Shown here in pieces: positions 46,582-55,614 of a stretch of 64,000 bases of DNA. This stretch comes from Candidatus Poribacteria bacterium (GTDB taxonomy: Bacteria > Poribacteria > WGA-4E > WGA-3G). The notes beneath the pieces were generated by a model. It saw only the letters and a list, made by a program, of their open reading frames with translations. It was not told the origin of the DNA and made no database searches. The first letter of the stretch is position 1; each line of letters opens with the position of its first letter. The stretch lies in the NCBI GenBank assembly GCA_028821605.1, contig JAPPFM010000003.1, forward strand, positions 29,388 through 93,387. Reading direction: 5' to 3'. The translations under genes were made by a program, and so were the position numbers.

Positions 46582-46610
46582 ATTTTAACATATTTTATGA
46601 AAAAAGTCAA
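46582..46610 (-). promoter_or_regulatory. Sigma70-type promoter (TTGACT-17-TAAAAT) for the three-gene cassette
   Basis: On the minus strand: TTGACT at 46610-46605, a 17-nt spacer, TAAAAT at 46587-46582. About 25 nt upstream of the start codon at 46553. Confidence 0.6.
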
Positions 46611-46871
46611 AATTCTCATTTTTCTTATAGTCAGAGACGATAGTGCTTAAAACAAACAATTTTTGCAATAAAGTCAATTTCTTGTAAGGACAATTTTCAT
46701 TCAAAATATTTCTAATCCTGCAAATCCTGATTCTGACGACCGACAACCGAAAACTGAAAACCATTCACATTTCCCTTAACATTTCTCTCAAAATGTGTTA
46801 TCCTAAATTAGACAATGAAGGTTAGATAGCATTAAAACCGATCTGAAATTGCAGACAAGGAGGAATAAAGA

Positions 46872-47666
46872 ATGAAAAGGTTATTCTGTTTCGCCTGTGT
46901 GCTAGTGCTAATTTTCACAGGGCACACATTTGCGCAGGATGTCGCTGTTTTTTATGACGCGGCTGTTGAAAATGGAGGCGGCTTAGCCGTTCCAAACCCG
47001 CTGCAGTTAGCGGAAATGATTGTAGAGGAACTGGAGGCGAAAAAGTTAACTGCCGAAATTGTGGATAGCGACGAGTTAGCTGAGTATATGAAGGCGAATC
47101 CAAAGGGGATCTACATCATCACGCAGGGGAACACTCCTGGCACCATATTTAAGAAGGAAGGCAAGAAAGACCTTGTCTATACATGGCTAAGAGAAGGCGG
47201 GATCGGCGGCTTCATCGGCGATTACGCGTTCTACTATTACTGGGATAAAGGTGCCCGTGTTACCGCTGCCGGTGCCGGACAGCAGAGCGTGTTTGGTGCC
47301 ACAGTCACAAACGGCACAGTTTCGCAAGTTAGCCCGACGGATCTCGGTAAGGAGCTCATTCCTTCTCTCAAGAAGTGGAGTTCCAATCGTGCGTCAGGTC
47401 TCGCTGTTTTGAAAGGGAACGATTTTGAGTATGAAAGTTATGCCGACGACGGTGTAAACGCGGATCCAATCGCTTACCGCACGAAAGATATGGAGGGGTG
47501 GTTTATCAATTTCCATACCTCGTGCTGCGGAACAGCCATACCGCCGAATCCTCAAATCGCTACGGAATACGCAGAACTCATTTCAAACCGTTTTGCGACT
47601 GCAAAAGCCGTAGACCCATCAGGTAAGATCAGTGTTGTGTGGGGTCGGCTAAAATCATTGCGGTAA
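46872..47666 (+). CDS. Secreted protein of unknown function with a conserved C-terminal tail
   Basis: AAGGAGG SD and a signal peptide MKRLFCFACVLVLIFTGHTFA. The tail AVDPSGKISVVWGRLKSLR matches that of the ORF at 5450-6178. Confidence 0.8.
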   Translation: MKRLFCFACVLVLIFTGHTFAQDVAVFYDAAVENGGGLAVPNPLQLAEMIVEELEAKKLTAEIVDSDELAEYMKANPKGIYIITQGNTPGTIFKKEGKKDLVYTWLREGGIGGFIGDYAFYYYWDKGARVTAAGAGQQSVFGATVTNGTVSQVSPTDLGKELIPSLKKWSSNRASGLAVLKGNDFEYESYADDGVNADPIAYRTKDMEGWFINFHTSCCGTAIPPNPQIATEYAELISNRFATAKAVDPSGKISVVWGRLKSLR

Positions 47667-47678
47667 CCCTTCAGTATT

Positions 47679-47761
47679 AGAACTCTCCGTCCAACTCAGC
47701 GTCTCAATCACCGAATTGAGACGCTGAGAAATTAAAAAGGATCGGAGAGTTCTATTTTTTC
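47679..47761 (+). terminator. Compound hairpin terminator
   Basis: The outer stem AGAACTCTCCG/CGGAGAGTTCT encloses a 14-bp perfect inner stem CTCAGCGTCTCAAT/ATTGAGACGCTGAG and is followed by ATTTTTT. Confidence 0.75.
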
Positions 47762-47947
47762 TCACATCTTGCTTATACGAAATAGCACATATATAGACGG
47801 ATCCCATCGTCTGAGTGGTTTCTCTGCTTTTGATGACGGATTGGGGAACCCAACCCCTACGTGGACATAGAACATTGCACAGGAAACCAACAGTCTCCTA
47901 TGCTACAATCGGAAAACTAAATAGCCTGAAATGCTTTTGACTCCTAA

Positions 47948-47977
47948 TTGACAGCACCTATCAAAATGTGCTATAAT
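47948..47977 (+). promoter_or_regulatory. Consensus sigma70 promoter (TTGACA-18-TATAAT) for the TonB-dependent receptor gene
   Basis: TTGACA at 47948-47953, TATAAT at 47972-47977. Confidence 0.65.
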
Positions 47978-48019
47978 TGCCATATAAGAGCGAGTAAACT
48001 TAGAACTCTGGGGTGCAGC

Positions 48020-50050
48020 ATGTTCAGTGCCGATTTTCGGAAGCTAATATACTTGATTCTTTATGCTCTGTTTTTTGGGTTAGTGGGTTTGTTTACTGCC
48101 TTGGCGGAGGAAGAGGACACACCTATACAATTGGAAAAAATTGTCGTGACCCCCGGTCGATTTACGATTTATGACGGCACCTCGGCGAGAATCTCGCTAT
48201 CTAAGGAGGCAATTGAGCGTTTTCCATTAATTGACAATGATGTCATGCGCGCGGGGCATGTTTTTCCCGGAGTGGTTTCGAGCGATTATAGCACGCGGTT
48301 CAGTGTCCGAGGTGGGGAAAAGGACGATATTTCGGTCAGGTTAGACGGGATGGAGCTTTATAATCCCTATCATCTTCAGGACTTTGGTGGTGCTGTCTCG
48401 CTGATAGGTCTGGAACTTGTTCAGAACACTGAATTATTGATAGGTGGATTCCCCGCAAAATATGGAGAGAAGATGTCCGGTGTTTTTGACATCACGACAA
48501 GGACACCAAACACTGAAAAATTCTCTGCGAATTTTGGCGTAGACCTAATCAATGCGACTGCCGCCTTTGAGGGACCTCTCACCCAAAAAGGGAGTTGGCT
48601 CCTGTCCGCTCGCCGTGGGTATATTGACCTGATTCTTATGCTCATGGATATCGACGAAAACTATAAACCGCAATATGCTGATGTCTATAGCAAATTGACG
48701 TATCAGGTGACACCGACAGATACAATTACACTCAATGGATTATACGGTTGGGATAAAAATCGGATTCGTGTGGACGATGTAGACAATAATTTAGATTCCC
48801 AATACGACAATTCGACAGCTTGGGTGAAATGGCGGCGGACGTTTGGTAGTTCATATTGGACAGATCTGTTTGTTTTCACTGGGACCTCCAGCCAGGATAG
48901 AACGACGGGGAAGGCGGATTTTGATAATCGCGATTTCCGATTTTTCGGTACAAAAGCGGAATTTACGGCAAACCTTTTCGACAAACACACCTTTCGTAGC
49001 GGTGTTACATGGCGTTGGTTGACTGCCCAATATCAATACGATGTTCGGGAACGGCAGGCGGGTATAAATGTCTACAAGCCGATTCTTGCCGATATTGATG
49101 GCAGTGGAAGTGAAGTAGATCTGTTTCTACAGGATGAGTGGCAGCTGCATTCCAAACTCGCACTCAATGTTGGTGGACGTTACCACTATCAGGATTATCG
49201 GGAGGAGGGTATCCAGCGTTATGAGGTCGGTCCGCGAGTTATGCTTGCTGTAAAACCGACACAAAGCCTCACCTTAAGAGGAGCTTGGGGGATTTATCAC
49301 CAACCTGTTCATCTGATGGGAGTTCCGGTAGAGGATGGCATTGAAACGGTCGGACGAGCAGAGCGAGCCGTGCATCATATCCTCGGCGTTGAGTATACGC
49401 CTACCAACAATTTCTTGGTGCGCGTTGAAGGATATTACAACACCTTTGATAATCTTGTCGGACGGCTCCGTGAGTTCGGACGACAGAATCAAGTTTTTGA
49501 CTCACCTGAATCTGCGGATGCCAAAGGTATTGATGTCTTCATGACGCATGCGGTTTCAAATCGATTGACGTGGACACTCGGCTATGCGTTCGGTATCGCT
49601 GAAGAGATCGCTAATGGAATCAAACGCTTCCGCCAGTATGATCGGCGGCATTCTTTCGCAGTCAGTAATAGTTATCAGTTTGCACCGACTTGGCACCTCT
49701 ATCTCAGTTGGCGTTTCCATACAGGTGAACCGAGAACGCCATTGATTCATAGGGGAGTCGGGTTACCCAGTGGCGGCATCACTTGTGATCGACAGTTTGG
49801 TGATGTACACTCAGCGCGGATGCCAGCATATCATAGTCTCGATTTTCGTATTACAAAACGGAGTCCCTATCGACGGTGGGAGTTGTCTTGGTACTTCCAG
49901 ATTTTGAACTTGTATAACCATGCGAACCTGGATCAGTATGCCTTTAGTGAAGTCCGCGACGAAGAGACGAATGCTATTATTGAGTGTGCTATTGAGGAAG
50001 AGCCTCTCTTTCCGATTGTTCCCACACTGGGGGTTACGGTAACTTTCTGA
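48020..50050 (+). CDS. TonB-dependent outer-membrane receptor
   Basis: Signal peptide. Plug region (IVVTPGRF..FSVRGG..VRLDGMELYNP). Long beta-barrel ending ..LGVTVTF. ATG at 48020 is preferred because the track start TTG at 47948 is the -35 box. Confidence 0.85.
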   Translation: MFSADFRKLIYLILYALFFGLVGLFTALAEEEDTPIQLEKIVVTPGRFTIYDGTSARISLSKEAIERFPLIDNDVMRAGHVFPGVVSSDYSTRFSVRGGEKDDISVRLDGMELYNPYHLQDFGGAVSLIGLELVQNTELLIGGFPAKYGEKMSGVFDITTRTPNTEKFSANFGVDLINATAAFEGPLTQKGSWLLSARRGYIDLILMLMDIDENYKPQYADVYSKLTYQVTPTDTITLNGLYGWDKNRIRVDDVDNNLDSQYDNSTAWVKWRRTFGSSYWTDLFVFTGTSSQDRTTGKADFDNRDFRFFGTKAEFTANLFDKHTFRSGVTWRWLTAQYQYDVRERQAGINVYKPILADIDGSGSEVDLFLQDEWQLHSKLALNVGGRYHYQDYREEGIQRYEVGPRVMLAVKPTQSLTLRGAWGIYHQPVHLMGVPVEDGIETVGRAERAVHHILGVEYTPTNNFLVRVEGYYNTFDNLVGRLREFGRQNQVFDSPESADAKGIDVFMTHAVSNRLTWTLGYAFGIAEEIANGIKRFRQYDRRHSFAVSNSYQFAPTWHLYLSWRFHTGEPRTPLIHRGVGLPSGGITCDRQFGDVHSARMPAYHSLDFRITKRSPYRRWELSWYFQILNLYNHANLDQYAFSEVRDEETNAIIECAIEEEPLFPIVPTLGVTVTF

Positions 50051-50129
50051 GGGCATAGGACTGTAGCCTTTCTTTGTAGAAATAATCTCCGGATCACGAT
50101 TTTTCCTGAATGACGAGCCTATTTTTCTT

Positions 50130-50258
50130 AGGATTTACGCAAATTAAGCAGAAAAGGGGACGCATTGGAGCAAAATGCCTCACAGTGAGAGTATTTCGTT
50201 GTATTTAACCCCCTAAATCCCCCTTATCAGGGGGACTTTAAGAGGAAATGCGTAAGTC
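50130..50258 (+). repeat. ACTTACGC-stem element, copy 3 (inner hairpin CCCCCTTATCAGGGGG)
   Basis: Outer arms AGGATTTACGCAA / TGCGTAAGTC. Ends 11 nt before the ATG at 50270. Confidence 0.7.
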
Positions 50259-50269
50259 GTGTTTCTTTT

Positions 50270-50743
50270 ATGAATCGCGCTGATCTTCAAAAAACTAAAA
50301 TGTTCAAGCGTATTAAAAAAGCACTCAAGAGAAGCTGGAGACAGTATATTAGAGGTTTTCGGGATCGAAAGCTGCCGAAGGTCGCGCCCAGCGTTGCAGA
50401 AGCAATCCTTCCGTTGGAATCGGATACGTATACGATCGCGCCAGATCAGCTCAAAGACATGATGGACAGAGATGCCCGCTTCGTTTTGTTAGACGTTCGG
50501 GAGGAGTGGGAATATCAAATGGTTCACCTCGACGGTGCTATGTGGATTCCCTTCGGTGAGCTGCCGAGGCGTTGTGGCGAAATTACACCAGGCATTGAGG
50601 TTATCGTTTATTGCCATTGGGGTATGCGGAGCCTTGATGCGGCGTTCCTTTTGCAACAGCTCGGTTTTAAATCGGCAAAGAGTTTAGTCGGTGGTATTGA
50701 TCGGTGGGCGCAGGAAATTGATACGCAGATGCTGCGATATTAA
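50270..50743 (+). CDS. Rhodanese-domain protein with a basic N-terminal extension
   Basis: FVLLDVREEWEY..IVYCHWGMRS (active-site Cys loop)..GGIDRW. Confidence 0.85.
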   Translation: MNRADLQKTKMFKRIKKALKRSWRQYIRGFRDRKLPKVAPSVAEAILPLESDTYTIAPDQLKDMMDRDARFVLLDVREEWEYQMVHLDGAMWIPFGELPRRCGEITPGIEVIVYCHWGMRSLDAAFLLQQLGFKSAKSLVGGIDRWAQEIDTQMLRY

Positions 50744-50781
50744 TCGCGAAGTAAAGTAGGCTTTAGGGAAAAGGACGCTGT

Positions 50782-52173
50782 CTACGATTCTGTTTTGAAA
50801 TCTTGGCTCTGAAGTTCATATTTCTGCATCCGGTGCTGCAGTTTGCGACGCGAAATCCCAAGCAATTTTGCGGCTTGAATTTGATTCCCGTTGCTTTTTG
50901 CTAACGCGCTACACACATATTCCTTGATAATCTCATCAAGGGAAACCCCTTCTTCCGGTATATCGAACTCGACATCAGTTGTAGGGAGCGAAGTGTCTAA
51001 AATTTCTGGCGGCAATTCGTCTTTGTCAATCACCTCATTTTCTGAAAGCACAAATATCCGGCGGAGGTAATTTTCCAATTGTCGGATATTACCGGGCCAC
51101 TGATACCGCCTGAGTGCGGACATCGCTTGCGGTGTGACCTGTTTAGGTTGTGCCTCTGCATATTCGTTGCTGAATTTCTGGATGAGAAAATCTACCAACA
51201 GTGGAATATCTTCTGGATGATCTCGAAGTGGTGGAACGTGGAGCGGGATAACGTTTAGACGAAAATAGAGGTCGTCCCGAAATGAATCGTCTCGCACTGC
51301 TTGAACGAGATTTTTGTTTGTCGCGGCAATCACACAGACATCCACTTTTATGCTTTGAGTTCCACCGATTCGGCGTATCTCACGTTCCTCTAAGACGTGC
51401 AGCAGTTTACTCTGTGTTTGAATCGGAAGGTCACCGATTTCATCAAGGAAAAGTATTCCCTCATTGGCGACCTCAAAAAGTCCCTTTTTCTGTTGTGCAG
51501 CGTCTGTAAATGCTCCCTTTTCGTGTCCAAAGAGTTCACTTTCAATGAGGGTATCTGGAATGGCACCGCAGTTCACGGCGATGAAGGGTTTGTTTTCTCG
51601 CAGCCCGTGTTTATGAAGTGCTCGAGCGATTAAACTTTTTCCAGAACCGGTTTCTCCTGTGATGAGAACTTGTGTGACACCACGGTGCAAAATCCGAGCC
51701 ATATTTTTGAAAAGCTCCTGCATTTTCTCACTTTCACCAACGATTTCATCAATCTGAATTTCTGGTGTTGGGTCATCGCTTTCACCATCGGAACTGCGGA
51801 GCGCACCGCGCGTCTCTAAGGCGTGTTTCACTTCCCGTTTCAGGACTTCAATTTGGATCGGTTTTTCAAGGTAGTAGAACGCGCCTTCGTGTGCGACAAG
51901 ATTAACGGCATCATTCAGCTCCGCATACGCTGTCATGATAAGTACTGGCAGATCTGGATCCGTGCGCTTTATTTCACGAAGCAGGTCTCTGCCCTCAAAC
52001 CGTGAAGACATCCACATGTCGCTGATAACGAGGTCGAACATCTGCTTCTCTAAACTCTCAAGGGCGGCTTTGCTGTCTCCAACGATTTCAACCGTGTACC
52101 CCTCACGTTTCAAAATGCGCTGTAGAATTGTCAGTTGTGCTTGGTCGTCGTCTACAATCAGTATTGATGCCAT
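50782..52173 (-). CDS. Sigma54-dependent response regulator (NtrC family)
   Basis: REC (ILIVDDD), AAA+ (GETGSGKS; ESELFGHEKGAFTDA), C-terminal Fis-type HTH. The start is ATG at 52173, or at 52191 as in the track. Confidence 0.92.
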   Translation of the reverse strand: MASILIVDDDQAQLTILQRILKREGYTVEIVGDSKAALESLEKQMFDLVISDMWMSSRFEGRDLLREIKRTDPDLPVLIMTAYAELNDAVNLVAHEGAFYYLEKPIQIEVLKREVKHALETRGALRSSDGESDDPTPEIQIDEIVGESEKMQELFKNMARILHRGVTQVLITGETGSGKSLIARALHKHGLRENKPFIAVNCGAIPDTLIESELFGHEKGAFTDAAQQKKGLFEVANEGILFLDEIGDLPIQTQSKLLHVLEEREIRRIGGTQSIKVDVCVIAATNKNLVQAVRDDSFRDDLYFRLNVIPLHVPPLRDHPEDIPLLVDFLIQKFSNEYAEAQPKQVTPQAMSALRRYQWPGNIRQLENYLRRIFVLSENEVIDKDELPPEILDTSLPTTDVEFDIPEEGVSLDEIIKEYVCSALAKSNGNQIQAAKLLGISRRKLQHRMQKYELQSQDFKTES

Positions 52174-52205
52174 TGTCTTAATTCCCCTCATTATAAACTG
52201 GAAGT

Positions 52206-53954
52206 TTATGGGAGTTTATTCTCACTCAGTGGGAGACTGATTTTGAAAGCGGTTCCCATTCCCATTTTGCTTCGGACTTCAATTTTGCCTTTATGGGCAG
52301 TGATGATTTGGTGTGAAACGGCAAGTCCCAGTCCTATGCCTCCAGTAGCGTCCTTCGTTGTAAAATATGCATCGTAAATCTGTTCTTGAATTTCTTCTGG
52401 GATACCAATGCCAGTGTCTCGGATTTCGATCACTGCATCTCTGGTGTCTCGCTCTATTTTTTCAGTCAGGGTGGTTATGTAGATGCTACCCCCTTTCGGC
52501 ATCGCTTGGATACTGTTTTGCACAAAGTTAAAGAGCGTCTGCCGCATTAAGGCTTCATCTAATGGGACATTCGGTAGATTTTCATCGTAGTTTCTGATAA
52601 CTTGCACTTTGGCTTCTTCAGCGATGAGTGTGAATTCCGATAAAACTTGTTCTACAAGAGCATTAAGGTTCACCAGTTCTACATTTAATTTTCTCGGTCG
52701 ATTTAAAGTAAGGAATTGCTCTGAAGTCTGCTTCAACTCCGTTATTTTTTGGTCGACGATCTCTAAAAGTTCTTTCGCCTCCTCTATATCGTCTCGGCTC
52801 ACCTTTTGTTGCGAGAAAACAGATTTCAGGTACTGAGCAGTCATCCCGATGGAATTAAGCGGGTTCCGAATTTCGTGTGCCACACCAGCGGCAAATTGCC
52901 CTAAAGCAGCAATCCGTTTTGAATGAGAGTCCCGTAGTTGCCACAGCATCCGGGCAAGATTGTAGGTTGCCTTTCCGATCTCATCTGATGAATAAGCCTC
53001 CTGCGGCGAGAAATCCCCACTTTCTGCGCTCTGAATAATACGAGTCATCCGCTCTAAGGGCTTCATAATTAGGTGATTTGTGGTTAAATCTATCAGAATC
53101 ACGAGCAGTGCCCCAACAATGACGATCAATATTGCGTGCATTAGCAATGAATATCGAATTGACCTGCCGATATAAGGCACATCGAAAAGTACTTGTATGT
53201 AGCCGGTTAATGCTTTTTGAATCCACAAAGTCTCATCTTGTTTCCATAAATTATAAACCTCGCCTTTTGCTTGATCTGTCATTCGCCAGCGTCTACCTTT
53301 CTCCTCGGTTATCACTGGATCTTCTGGCACATAGACCTCTTCACCAAAGGCTCTCACCCAGACCTCATACGGCAGCGTTCCGGCATCGAGTTCACCAAAG
53401 GCTCTCACCCAGACCTCATACGGCAGCGTTCCAGCATCGAGTCTTGGTTCATAAGCGAAATCGATTGGCTTCAACTCAATTGACTTTGGTCCGGTCAAAA
53501 CGGCAATATATTTAATAACAATAGCCGTTGCGTTCTGTCCCTCAACGGCGTATATCGTCGCGCCTTTCGTTTCAATTTGTTCAAAGTCCGCTGAATCAAG
53601 ATTTATATCACCAGTATCTTTACCGGCGAGCAGACTGGAGCGAATACGGGTATCATTTAAAGAGACGTGGATATTCAGCACATTTTGCATATCCGGATGT
53701 TCACGCTTCAGTTTATTCAGCACTTGATCGAGTTGCTGGGCATCAAATACCGTTGCGGCTTCGATTTCCATCTCAACAGCCTCAAGAATCGTGTTTTCAG
53801 CGATTTTTCGCAGTTCAGCACCACGTTCTGCCCCTAAAGCGTGAAGAGCATTCATTTCATTCCGGACCCGGGTGCTATCGAAAAAATAGAACGCTACAAG
53901 GATCGCTATGACAGAAAGGTTGATAACAAGGGAATACTTCCATTGGAGTCGCAT
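52206..53954 (-). CDS. Sensor histidine kinase (TM - sensor domain - TM - HAMP - HisKA - HATPase)
   Basis: H-box AAGVAHEIRNPLN. ATP-lid motifs DTGIGIP and GGIGLGLA. Confidence 0.92.
   Translation of the reverse strand: MRLQWKYSLVINLSVIAILVAFYFFDSTRVRNEMNALHALGAERGAELRKIAENTILEAVEMEIEAATVFDAQQLDQVLNKLKREHPDMQNVLNIHVSLNDTRIRSSLLAGKDTGDINLDSADFEQIETKGATIYAVEGQNATAIVIKYIAVLTGPKSIELKPIDFAYEPRLDAGTLPYEVWVRAFGELDAGTLPYEVWVRAFGEEVYVPEDPVITEEKGRRWRMTDQAKGEVYNLWKQDETLWIQKALTGYIQVLFDVPYIGRSIRYSLLMHAILIVIVGALLVILIDLTTNHLIMKPLERMTRIIQSAESGDFSPQEAYSSDEIGKATYNLARMLWQLRDSHSKRIAALGQFAAGVAHEIRNPLNSIGMTAQYLKSVFSQQKVSRDDIEEAKELLEIVDQKITELKQTSEQFLTLNRPRKLNVELVNLNALVEQVLSEFTLIAEEAKVQVIRNYDENLPNVPLDEALMRQTLFNFVQNSIQAMPKGGSIYITTLTEKIERDTRDAVIEIRDTGIGIPEEIQEQIYDAYFTTKDATGGIGLGLAVSHQIITAHKGKIEVRSKMGMGTAFKISLPLSENKLP
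53340..53441 (-). repeat. In-frame 2 x 51-bp tandem duplication inside the kinase sensor domain
   Basis: Units 53340-53390 and 53391-53441 are identical at 50/51 positions. They encode DAGTLPYEVWVRAFGE(L/E) twice. Confidence 0.95.
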
Positions 53955-53955
53955 T

Positions 53956-55500
53956 TTAACTCATAACCCGTTGGACTGCCTTTTTCCACTGCGCGAGTTT
54001 TTCGTTGCGTTGCTTTGCGTCTATCTGTGGTGAAAATACATGACTTTTAAGAGGGGCACCATCAAGTGTTTCTTGCTTGGATCGGTTGGTTTCTATTTCT
54101 TCAATGTCGTTCCACATGCCAGTTGTAATACCCGCAAGATATGCAGCACCCAGTCCTGTTGATTCTATCTGCGCTGGACGTTCTACATTTATTCCGAGGA
54201 TGTCCGCTTGGAATTGCATAAGGAAGTTGTTCGCAGCTGCCCCACCGTCAACACGTAATCCGTCGAGTGTCATCTCTGCATCGGTTAACATCGCACTGAC
54301 AACATCGGCGGATTGATACGCGATTGACTCTAAAGTGGCGCGGACGATTTGTTCACGGGTGCTTCCTCGCGTTAAACCGAGAATGGCACCGCGCGCCTCA
54401 GCGTCCCAGTGCGGTGCGCCGAGTCCAGTGAAGGCAGGTACAACAAAGACACCACCTGAATCTGGTGTACTGGCGGCAATTTCTTCCGTTTCCCCCGCAG
54501 TATCAATGATTTGGATACCATCTCGGAGCCACTGGACAGCAGCACCGGCAACGAATACACTCCCCTCCAACGCGTAAACAGGATTCTCATCTAAACTACA
54601 GGCAAGCGTTGTCAGTAACCCCGTTTTTGTTGTTACTTTTTCGGCACCTGTGTTTAGCATGAGGAAACATCCTGTGCCATAGGTGTTTTTCGCCATGCCG
54701 GGTTCGGTGCACAATTGACCGAAGAGTGCCGCTTGTTGATCCCCTGCAATGCCAGCGATAGGAATCCCATCTAAAGATATATTTTTACCGAAGGTTTCAA
54801 GCCAAAAGTTGCGATAGAAATTCGCTGTTCCGAAGTTGCTCGCAGAGGGACAAACCTCAGGCAACATAGTTTTTGGAACGTTGAATATTTCCAGAAGGGT
54901 TTCGTCCCATGAAAGCGTATTGATATTAAAGAGCAGCGTACGCGATGCGTTTGTATAATCGGTTTTATGTACTGTGCCATCTGTTAATTTCCAAAGCAGC
55001 CATGTGTCTACGGTACCAAATGCGAGTTCCCCGCGTTCTGCACGTTCCCGAGCACCGCTAACATGATCGAGAATCCACGCGATCTTTGTTCCAGAAAAGT
55101 AGGCATCAATTACGAGCCCTGTTTTCGCTTTTATCTCTTCGGCAGCCCCTTCTTTTTCAAGGAGGGCGCATCTGTCTGCGGTGCGGCGACACTGCCACAC
55201 AATTGCAGGATGGATCGGTTTTCCTGTTTGCCTATCCCAAACAAGGGTGGTCTCGCGTTGATTTGTAATTCCGATGGCAACGATATTCAGTGCGTTTTCT
55301 TCTGCAAAAAGTGCGTCTATTGCTTGTAAGGTGGCGTTCCAGATTTCCTCTGGATCGTGTTCTACCCAACCGGGCTGCGGATAGTATTGGGTGAATTCTT
55401 GGTACCCTTGTGCGATAATGTTGCCTTGTACATCAACGAGGAGGGCAGTAGTTCCTGTTGTGCCCTGATCGATTGAAAGGATACAAGCGGTATTCGACAT
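53956..55500 (-). CDS. glpK: Glycerol kinase
   Basis: ILSIDQGTTGTT.., FGGY-family kinase, collinear with GlpK along its length. ATG at 55500 is preferred. Its stop is 1 nt from the kinase start codon. Confidence 0.93.
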   Translation of the reverse strand: MSNTACILSIDQGTTGTTALLVDVQGNIIAQGYQEFTQYYPQPGWVEHDPEEIWNATLQAIDALFAEENALNIVAIGITNQRETTLVWDRQTGKPIHPAIVWQCRRTADRCALLEKEGAAEEIKAKTGLVIDAYFSGTKIAWILDHVSGARERAERGELAFGTVDTWLLWKLTDGTVHKTDYTNASRTLLFNINTLSWDETLLEIFNVPKTMLPEVCPSASNFGTANFYRNFWLETFGKNISLDGIPIAGIAGDQQAALFGQLCTEPGMAKNTYGTGCFLMLNTGAEKVTTKTGLLTTLACSLDENPVYALEGSVFVAGAAVQWLRDGIQIIDTAGETEEIAASTPDSGGVFVVPAFTGLGAPHWDAEARGAILGLTRGSTREQIVRATLESIAYQSADVVSAMLTDAEMTLDGLRVDGGAAANNFLMQFQADILGINVERPAQIESTGLGAAYLAGITTGMWNDIEEIETNRSKQETLDGAPLKSHVFSPQIDAKQRNEKLAQWKKAVQRVMS

Positions 55501-55614
55501 GCTATAGGTGCTGCTCCTAAAGTGTTTTCTTAAGAATAACACCAATTGGGAAAAAAATCAAGTGGAAACCGATGTTCGCTCGACTTCAGATTTCAAAGTT
55601 TTTCTCGATTCAGG

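Noticed and set aside
47762-47947. Cobalamin or other riboswitch upstream of the TonB-dependent receptor
   Set aside because: No B12-box-like sequence is present. The region lies upstream of the predicted promoter, not in the leader, and contains only a short REP-like hairpin (GGGGAACCCAACCCCTAC).
47948-48019. N-terminal 24-aa extension of the TonB-dependent receptor ORF (TTG start)
   Set aside because: The TTG is the first codon of a perfect TTGACA -35 box, with TATAAT 18 nt downstream. ATG at 48020 gives a normal signal peptide.
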